DNA of 64,000 nt from Paraspadella gotoi. Taxonomy: Eukaryota > Animalia > Chaetognatha. Shown in pieces: positions 55,364 through 64,000 of the stretch. Both the position numbers and the translations under genes were made by a program. Location: contig CM119264.1 of the NCBI GenBank assembly GCA_051294375.1, positions 9,745,907 through 9,809,906 of the forward strand. The letters run 5' to 3'. Position 1 is the stretch's first letter. Each line of letters opens with the position of its first letter. The notes beneath the pieces were generated by a model, which saw nothing but the letters and a program-made list of their open reading frames with translations, ran no database searches and was not told the origin of the DNA.

Positions 55364-57815
55364 TCAGACAAAAACTTGGGCTTTGTCCGGGTTGAAGAGG
55401 ACGACGGCGTCGATGACGGAATGAATGAGGGCGACTCAAACTCAGTCTTTCCCTAGAAAGTTATAATAAGAAACGCAGAGAAAATTGAAAGAGGAAAAGA
55501 AAAGAAAAAAAAAAAAAAGGAAAACAAAGAAAAGAAAATGAAAGAAAAGAAAAATAAAAGAAAAGAAAAGAAGAGGAAAAAAAGAGAACAGAGAAAGAAA
55601 AATAAAAGAAAAGAAAAAGAAAAGATAAGAAAAGAAAAAGAAGAAAGAAAAGAAAAAGAAAAGAAAAAAAGAAAAGAAAAAAAGAAAAGAAAAGAAAAGA
55701 AAAAAATATAGAAAAATATAAGGGATATTTTTAATATAAAATATTAAGGGAGTGGTCTTTTCAAACAATTGAAAACATTCTTTGAAATATTATACCCACT
55801 TCATTGATAGGAAAGCCAGGTCACTGGGAGTGAATAAATAAGACTGTGAGAGAGTCTTGATTGAAAGCTTGCAGAAGCCTTGCTATGTTATTATCTTGTA
55901 AGTGTGATGGAGGCCTTAAACCACCAAAGCCTGTCCAAAGTCAGGGACAAGATAGCTTATTTATTAAATGAATGGATAATTTATATATTGGTTGTACAAT
56001 TTTCATAAAAAAGAATTGATTCCTGGTAAAAAAAATGATGGTAATCGAGAATCGATAATGTACTAGAAAAGATTTTCATGGTTACAGAATATTAGACGCC
56101 TAAAGAGCAGAATCTAGGATTTTTTTGTATTGATTAATTTCGCAATTTCTTTGCCTCTACAATAAATAAACTTATTCACGATTTATTCGTCATTTATTCG
56201 ACATTTACGACTTTTGAGATTTATAAATCCATGCTCCATGTTAAAGCCAGTTCAACCTACGGCCGACGAATCGAACGCGCGACCCTCGAGGCATAAAAAA
56301 TAGTAAATATTTTCTAAATAAATCTATATATATATATATATTAATGTAAGAAAGAAATGGGAAGCGCCTTTTAAGAAAAAACTAACTTCCAGATGTTTTT
56401 ATAGTTGGCGCAGATGCTTGGAAAAAAAAAGGGAAAGCGTCGCCATTGAGTAATCAATTTATATTTATTTCATTACCGAAGGAGGAGAAGAGATACAAAT
56501 GATGAATTTTATTTCGCTTCCAAAGAAAAAAACCAAGCAAAGACAGAAAGGCAACTATTAACCCATGAATTGTTCCTCCCGAATGAATAATAAAGTCACA
56601 TAAAAAAATCGTAAAATAGTGTATTGTAAGGTCTAACGATACTCCATTCCAACATTACTTTATTCTTGTTAACTTAATTAAAGATTAATTCTTTTTAGTT
56701 TCGGATTTTGCGCTGAGGAAGGCTTGTACACTCGAGCCAAAACGTGTCCGTCAATGAAAAATTGTCGTTGTGAAAAGAATTCGTCTTTTATCTCAAAAAA
56801 ATAGTTTTGGATTAAAATATTTGTATTTTTTGTTTAACTGATCTTACGACATAATAAAAGAGGTAGATGAATAGTCTATCAACAAATGCTTAGTTAAATA
56901 TATATAAAAACTGTCACAAACATTTAGGGAAAATGTTCAAGATAAATTCTCGCTTCATTAAGTTTGATGTGGGAATGTACAGCAGAAGACGAGGCGATTC
57001 TTCTTTCTTCGGGCAAAAAGTTAAACAAGGCTCACAGCTTTCCAAAAATCATTAGGAATAAAAGGTCACCCTTCCAGCGACATTTTTTTTGGGATGTCAA
57101 AGGAAGAGAAAAAGAAAAGAAAAAAAAATAAGGAATGGGCGGAACGCGGCTTCTTCTGAAAAATGGGGAAGAATGAAAAATGGAGGAAAATCGGGAGGAA
57201 GTGGAGTGGGTAGGAGTGGGGGATGGGCTTGGACTGTGGGCGAATCTGTGGGCGGATTTGCGGGCAGACGAGGTTGTGGGCGAATCTGTAGAAGGGTTTG
57301 GAGGGTTCGGGCGAGGTTGTGGGCGAATCTGAGAGGGTTTGGAGGTTTCGGGTGAGGTTGTGGGCGAATCTTTTGTAGGGATGAAATGTTGGAATCGAAG
57401 ATGACTCAAAAAATTAGTTGCAGGAGAAAAAGGAAGAGGTGAACAGAAAAATAAGCAAAGCTATCAGAATTATTTAGCGCTATAAAGATTACTTTAAATC
57501 GCAGAATTAGTTCATATATTATATATTATATTTTAAGTCAATTTGGTGTCGAAAATCATTCATCACATTCATCTTATTAATATCGGGTCACGAAGACTCA
57601 CGTGATACTCGCTGGTACTCCATTCGTATTCACTTCGAAAGGTCAACTTCAAGATGGAGAATCGCAGTTGGAGTCGAAAGATAAATCACACACACACAAA
57701 AAAAGAAGGAATCAGACGAAAAAAAATCTTTCTCTGGCCGCCATTTCTTTTTCACTGATGGAGCAACTCGGCCGCTGTCCTTTTTAGAAGTGGATCCTCG
57801 ATAATGATTCCGTAT
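55364..57815 (-). CDS. Speculative divergent nuclear-receptor ligand-binding-domain exons (57815-57756, 57646-57602, 57070-57036, 55452-55364)
   Basis: Ordered minus-strand pieces IEDPLLKRTAAELLH | LTFRSEYEWSTSEYH | GDLLFLMIFGKL | ERLSLSRPH[-1 nt]HSVIDAVVLFNPD resemble NR helices 4-5, 7 and 8-9. Two 1-nt corrections are required. Confidence 0.3.
55745..55830 (+). repeat. Dispersed ~85-bp repeat, second copy at ~49364-49445
   Basis: taagggagtggtcttttca.acaattgaaa.cattctttgaaatatt...ccacttcattga.agg.aagccaggtc.ctggga at both sites. Confidence 0.75.
57228..57375. repeat. ~42-bp tandem repeat, ~4 copies
   Basis: tgtgggcgaatct core at ~57235, 57275, 57318 and 57359. Confidence 0.8.
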
Positions 57816-57818
57816 CTT

Positions 57819-57901
<83 letters not shown>

Positions 57902-58443
57902 GACAGCCACGAGAGACAAGATAATAAATGGTTGACTCTTTAAGCTGATTTACGTGAAGAGGAACTTTAGTTTTAGTCTTTGACGTATTGAATACTGAGA
58001 ACTAACGTTCTATTGTTTTGATTAAAATTAAAATTCTGTCAGGCAGGAATCGTTAAAAATTATATTACAAATAAACGACGCATCCTTGGACTTGATTTAT
58101 AAATGGCGATTCTTTATTCTTAATAAATTTCCTAATGATAAAATAATCTAAAGCTATTGACATTAAGATTAAACAGAATAAAACTGGGGACGATGATATC
58201 GAGGAAAGGAAAAAAAGGGAAGAAGAAAAGAAGAAAAGAAAAGAAGAAAAGAAAAGCAAAAAAGAAAAGAAAAGAAAAAAGAAAAGAAAAGAAAAGAAAA
58301 GAAAGAAAGAAAAGAAAAGATAAGAAAAGAAAAGCTTGGCTCTTTTCTCTTTTCTCTTTCCCCTTAATCCCGAACTCGTAAAGTCTCCTCAGTTCCTTCC
58401 AATGATTGGTCCTTTGTTCCCGGGCGTGACCGACTCCTCCCGC

Positions 58444-58488
<45 letters not shown>

Positions 58489-59766
58489 GAGGTCCTCACC
58501 GCCACCAGAGGGCTGATTGGATCATCTGATCTTGATTCGAATTCGAGACGCGAGCGAAAAGCGCCGCTTTTGAATTTACCGCCTTTTAAGCTCCACCCAC
58601 TCTCGGTATTGAGGGTGGCTGGGTGGCGGGATGAGATCACTTGATAAGGAGGTCCAGGTACATTCAGATTAGCGGGCGTTGGGTGAAATCTCTAGAGTGG
58701 GATCATGTCAAGGATCGGTTTTGCCCCGATTCATTGCAGGATCACTTGGGGGAAGATTCCTCTGATATTTGGGAAAAAGAGAAAGATCGATCGAGTGAGT
58801 GATAATATGTAAGCAAGCAAATGTCGACGTTGTTACTTTTAATCTGTTGAAATTATAAAAACTTTTTGGTCGTTGACTCACAAAATCCATTGCCACAACA
58901 TTACCCATCATATTTTAGAAAAGAAAAAAAATCCCAAAGATTCTCTGAGATTGTCAGGGTCTCGTTAGCAAACTCAGCTCAGAACTTTGCCACAATATTT
59001 TCTACGCTCCACGCCCACTTCCGCTCCTCGCAGTTTGTTTTGTTTTGTTTTTCTTCCCTACGCGAGTTTCGACTCTTCACTTTTTTCCATTTCGAGACCA
59101 GCTCCTCCCCGCGGTGTCCTTCTTCAGTTATTCTCGCTTTAAGTTTAACTTATCTTTTTTTCTTTCAACTCACTTTTTTTTCCTTTTCTCAAGTCTCCCC
59201 TTAACAACGGCGGACCCTTTTTTTTTAGTGTTTTCTGGGACAAAATTGTTTTTTGTCGCAGCGAAAGCTCTTTGACTCCGGCTCTGTCTCTCTCTCTGTC
59301 ATTTTGTCTCTCTCTCATTGTCTCTTCGCGCATCGGATTATCGAGTTTTTTTCTCTCTCGCTCGAACTTCGAACGACCCATGATTGTCGAAAAAAGGAAC
59401 GCGTCTAATTGTCACTCTGGGCTATAATTGCACTCGTGACGGCTTTCAAAGTTCACTACGTAAGGAAAAAAGATTATAACAATAAAACAGTTTATAGTTA
59501 TAAATATAATGAAATAATAGCAAAGGAAAAACAAAATAAAAAACTGAGCTGTTGATACTTTCGCCATATTGCCTTATTAATTCGCCGAGATGTTCTTTGT
59601 TTTGGTCCAGTTCGGTCGCCGAGATTATTTCTTCGTTCTTCACCCATCATTGCCTTTTTGTTTTTCCGATATCCCCTTTCTTTGTTTTCTCCAACGAGCG
59701 ATCGGGTATTTTCATTGAGGTATCCTCTCTCTTTCTCTCTCTCTCCTCTTCTCTCTCTCTCTCTCC

Positions 59767-59804
<38 letters not shown>

Positions 59805-62800
59805 CTCTTCTCCGAATGCAAGAGAGCGGTGGAGAAGCCTTCTTTTGAAATATCATGGGGAGTGCCGGGGCCCTGAGGGTGAGGCGGGAAGGAGAATGGC
59901 GGGGTCGAAAATCAAATCTGGCAAGAGGGCAGCAGGAAAGTCGGAGAACCATGAAGAGAAGGAGAGGGGAGGACGGGTAGAAAAGAAAAGAAGCCTTTTA
60001 AGAAAAGAAGAGGAGAAAATTTAAAAGTACACACGAGAAATATAGGAATGAAAATAGGAAGAGGGCGCAGAGGGCAAAAGAAAAAAAGCATACGCCGAGT
60101 GGTCAAGAGAGGCAAAGAGCAGAAGATGCAGGGGAACGAAAGGTCGATTTGGCCGCGGTTAAGGGCCGCAATGATGAACCCAATAAAGTTAGAGTAGAGA
60201 AAGAGAGAGAGAGAGAGAGAGGAGAGAGAGTTAGAGAAGAATCTTTGAAAGGTCTATACCTTTTTATTATAGGCGAAGTCAAATTTTTTTTTCTGTCTAA
60301 GAATCGTTCAATATTTATGTATGTAATAAATGTATTTAATATCCGGTATATGCTGCATTTCTTTGTCTTATTATTCTGTGATCTACCGATCACACATTTC
60401 AATGAATAATTTTATTGTCCGTTCTGAAAAAAAAAAGTCGAGACAGAAAATTCGTCTTAAGACGAACTAATTTAAGTTCTGCGGAGAAAAACGATGGCTG
60501 TCAGCCGAAGGGTTCTATCGACGCGGCCTGTGAAAGAATTGAGCCATGAGGATTTCGCGGGCGTGGATTCGGAAAAAAAATAGAGATACAAGGAAATAAA
60601 TGGACTAATTACTTTGTTATCTCGCTATTCATATGCGAAAAGGTGGAGCAGAAAAGTATTTCCTAACGTCTTTCTTTATTTTACTTTTTTTTTTTCAAAG
60701 GCCTATTCTTTGATCGGAGTTCTGTTGTTAGCGAATAATTCTGTTAGCGTGATGTTTAATTCTTTTTCTATTCGTTCACATGTATTTTTTTCAATTCCAT
60801 TACTTCTTGTCTCAAAGGATTTACTTCTTCTCGGCTTTTTTATCTTTTATCTTTTTCTCTGTCGCTGGAAGGGGCAGGGGGCTGAGGCACGCCTCTTTTT
60901 TTTCTCCATGGAATTTTTTCCCGCCCCCCTTCGCAATTTCTGCCCGTGAGCGTTGGAAGAGAAGAGCGCTTGAAGCTTTGGAAAGAAGAGAGAGTAACAA
61001 TAAGATTTTGACTAAAGGATGCAAACGCTGTTGAATATGAAAAGAGATTACAAGCGATTTGCATCGCCCGATGATTAATTACATAAAACGTAATTACAGG
61101 GAAGATTTTGGAACAAATGAAAAAAATATATCAGCACTAAAATTTCGCGTTCGCAACTCGGGAGAAAGAAATGATGAGAAAGATCCAGAAAAATCTTCTA
61201 AAGATCCATAGATAAGATTTCCCGATTTTATTCTGAATTTTATCCGTGACCGAATGAAATTACNNNNNNNNNNNNNNNNNNNNNNNNNNNNNNNNNNNNN
61301 NNNNNNNNNNNNNNNNNNNNNNNNNNNNNNNNNNNNNNNNNNNNNNNNNNNNNNNNNNNNNNNNNNNNNNNNNNNNNNNNNNNNNNNNNNNNNNNNNNNN
61401 NNNNNNNNNNNNNNNNNNNNNNNNNNNNNNCTTAAGATCCACTGATAAGATTTTCTGATTTTATTCTGAATTTTTATCCCGTGACCGAATGAAATTCACT
61501 CGAAAGTTTTTAAACTTTTTTATTGAACCGGTTGAAATTTTTTCTTTACAGTAATATTGACGGTTCATATCGGCGAAAATGTGGCTTTTAATGATTTCTT
61601 TACTAATCATTGTCCTTGTTCAAGCTTAAATCTTCTTTGTCATGGTTGTTATTATCATAATTATAACTACTCATAATGGAATTTAACGCATTTGTCATCA
61701 TCGAGCAAGTCCTTAGTGGCTTTCTCATCTGTTTCATATTTTTCTGCATCTTTGTCATCGAAGATTTGTATTTTGCAGTATTCGAAACTAACAATTATTG
61801 CGCAAGTCATCGACAGATAAATATCACTTTCCCTAAATCTTTAGTTCTGATAGCAAAGAGAACAACGTAGGAAGCAATGTTGTTCGGAGGCAAAGTTGGT
61901 TCAGGTGTCAAAATTGTTAATCTAGTTTATGATTTCGCTGAAATGCTTCCTCGTCGATGAAATACAGAAGGAGCGACGGAATCGATCAGCGAAGATAAAG
62001 ATTGAATCAAAGAGAATTGGAGAAGAAAGAAAATATTGCAACAGTGAAAGTGATAAGTGATAAGTGGATATTATTGGTGGATGGCAATGTCTAGAGATAA
62101 ATGGAAGTTTCAGATATCAAAGCAGATGGCATCTTTGGATGGTTCACCTTATCAGTCTGCCAGGAATCAACTTCAGTATTTTATGAATTATGCCGCATTG
62201 AATTTCTAGCCATGTGACCGCTTTTGTAGGTGGATACGTGACTGCACAAGTATGATACATATGCACTTTAAAGGTCTTATGTTACCTTTTCTTAACATAC
62301 TTGATGAAGTTTTAACGGAGTTATAAGCATTTAAAACAAAAGTGGAACTGACCGACCGACCAACTGCCTTTCGGACCGACCAACCGTCCGACCGACCGAC
62401 CGACCGAGTACCCGCGGCGTAACCCTCTTAAGCCACTCACATCGTGCAATATACTTTTATATAAGCCATTTCGAGAAATATGACCCCTTTAAAAGCTACT
62501 AAAATAGTATTGATACATATTTAATTTGGCGAGTCGATTGTCGAATGACGAACTTCGGATCAACCAATCAACACTGGTAGACGGAGAAACAATGATATTC
62601 GACTTCTTGCTGTCTCATATCTTGATATGCAGTTCATACATAAATTACATAAATTACTTTCCTTCATCTCTTGCCATACATTCCATATATACGTATAATA
62701 ATTAATGTTACATTCCCTCAATCCCTCATTTTCCCAAAATCTTCTCTCGTTTAATTCTTTTCATTCCCCGAGAAATTAATACTCGAAGTCCATTTCCCTC

Positions 62801-64000
62801 CACAATGAAACTACCTTTCGGAAAATAACTAGTAAATGTACTACCACCTTAATAAACAACTATTTCATCGAAGTTACTACCTTAGTATGGCATTAACGAC
62901 CACCTAAACAGAGACCACTTCAACCACCAATCAAGTCCCACTTTGGAAACCACCCCGTTTCGAAAACGACCACCTCAACCAGTGGGCGTGGCTGAGCGGA
63001 TGAAGGAAAGAAAAGACAAGAAGCGGAGGGACGATTCCCCGACCTGATTACGTGCCTCGGGCGTCAAACTTGGAGCTGAGAACCAGGCCGGAAAAGAGGG
63101 AGAGAGGGAGTGGGGAGAGAGGGAGAGGGGAGAGAGAGAGGAGTGAAAAGAGTGGAGACCGGTGAGGGGAAGGGAGAAAAAGAAATTAAATAAGGGAGAG
63201 AAATAAAAAGAAGAAAAGAAAATAGAAAAATATGAGTGGGAACGGGGAAAGAGAGAAAAACATTGTAGAGAAACAAAGAAACTCTGAGAATCGGGAAAGA
63301 TGAAAGGAAGAGAGAAACTTGGATAGAAGGCGAGAGTTAGAAATAAGAAAAAAAAAGGAAGAATTGTGGTAGTACTAGGATAGTTAGTTTGGTTTTATAA
63401 AAATAAAAGAATAAAATATAAAATGTGGAAGGATAATTTTTCTGGACGAAATTGATTGGGAACGAGGGGAGTAAGGGATAACGCTTTGTGAAACGGATTG
63501 GGATGGAAAAGGAAAAAGAAAAAATAATGAAAAGTAAAGAATCAGAATTCGAACGGGGAATGCCGGGAGTGGAATGGGGATGAGAAATGAGATAAGAACG
63601 CAGGAAGGTAGATGATAATGGGAATTTAAAATGGAAAAGGAATAAGGAAACAAAAAGATTTTATGCGAATTAATGATGAGGAACAAACTATATAAATACC
63701 TTTGGGACAACCAATATAAAAATTAACCATTCATTAAATAAACAATCTATCCCGGACAGGCCATGGCGGACTCATGTATCGATGTATTGATTTCTTTTTG
63801 GTCCCTCCTCTTGAATGTTGAACTCTCTCTCCCTTTCTGACCATTTCCTTGTGACGCTTCTTCTTGTCACAACCACATTTTCGGTTATATCTTTCCAACT
63901 TTTCCAGTCAAGGCTGCGAACGGATCTTCGAAAGTCAAAGGGGAAAAGGAAAGAAGCTTCGTCGTGATCCTCAACAATATCCTCTTCATCCTTTTTTCAC

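Noticed and set aside
61195-61500. ~65-bp direct repeat flanking an N-run (LTR/TSD-like)
   Set aside because: Typical overlap of contig ends either side of a scaffold gap.
63905-64000. Possible exon at the window end (QGCERIFESQRGKG..)
   Set aside because: Too short and truncated to assign, with no complete zinc-finger pattern.

Overview
Eukaryotic, most likely invertebrate animal, genomic DNA. It has AT-rich short GT-AG introns, GC/CpG-rich exons, abundant (GA)n microsatellites and N-runs, and no prokaryotic features. Spliced genes reconstructed by hand: the 3' exons of a ceramide synthase (476-1496), a secreted and possibly GPI-anchored cyclase/kynurenine-formamidase-family hydrolase (10271-11668), a low-complexity protein (13443-15312), a complete 8-exon SLC36-like amino-acid transporter (16608-19263), a second SLC36 paralog whose exons 1-3 lie on the minus strand and exons 4-8 on the plus strand, and an intron-poor TRPM-family channel (34078-30208). 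The window is dominated by duplicated structure: a ~24.6 kb palindrome (22.3-46.9 kb, axis ~35.55 kb) mirroring the TRPM gene and the 3' half of SLC36-2, two smaller inverted repeats (~1.7-4.0 kb and ~49.4-53.5 kb) and a ~3 kb tandem duplication (4.7-10.2 kb). Duplicated or inverted copies are full of 1-nt indels, so assembly or amplification chimeras are the default explanation. However, the big palindrome's arms also differ by synonymous substitutions and two insertion polymorphisms, so they come from two different alleles or paralogs. A speculative, divergent nuclear-receptor-LBD-like exon chain lies at 55.4-58.4 kb (minus). I cannot support a genuinely new biological system from sequence alone. 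The opposite-strand exon arrangement in two genes is the best candidate but is more probably artefactual.
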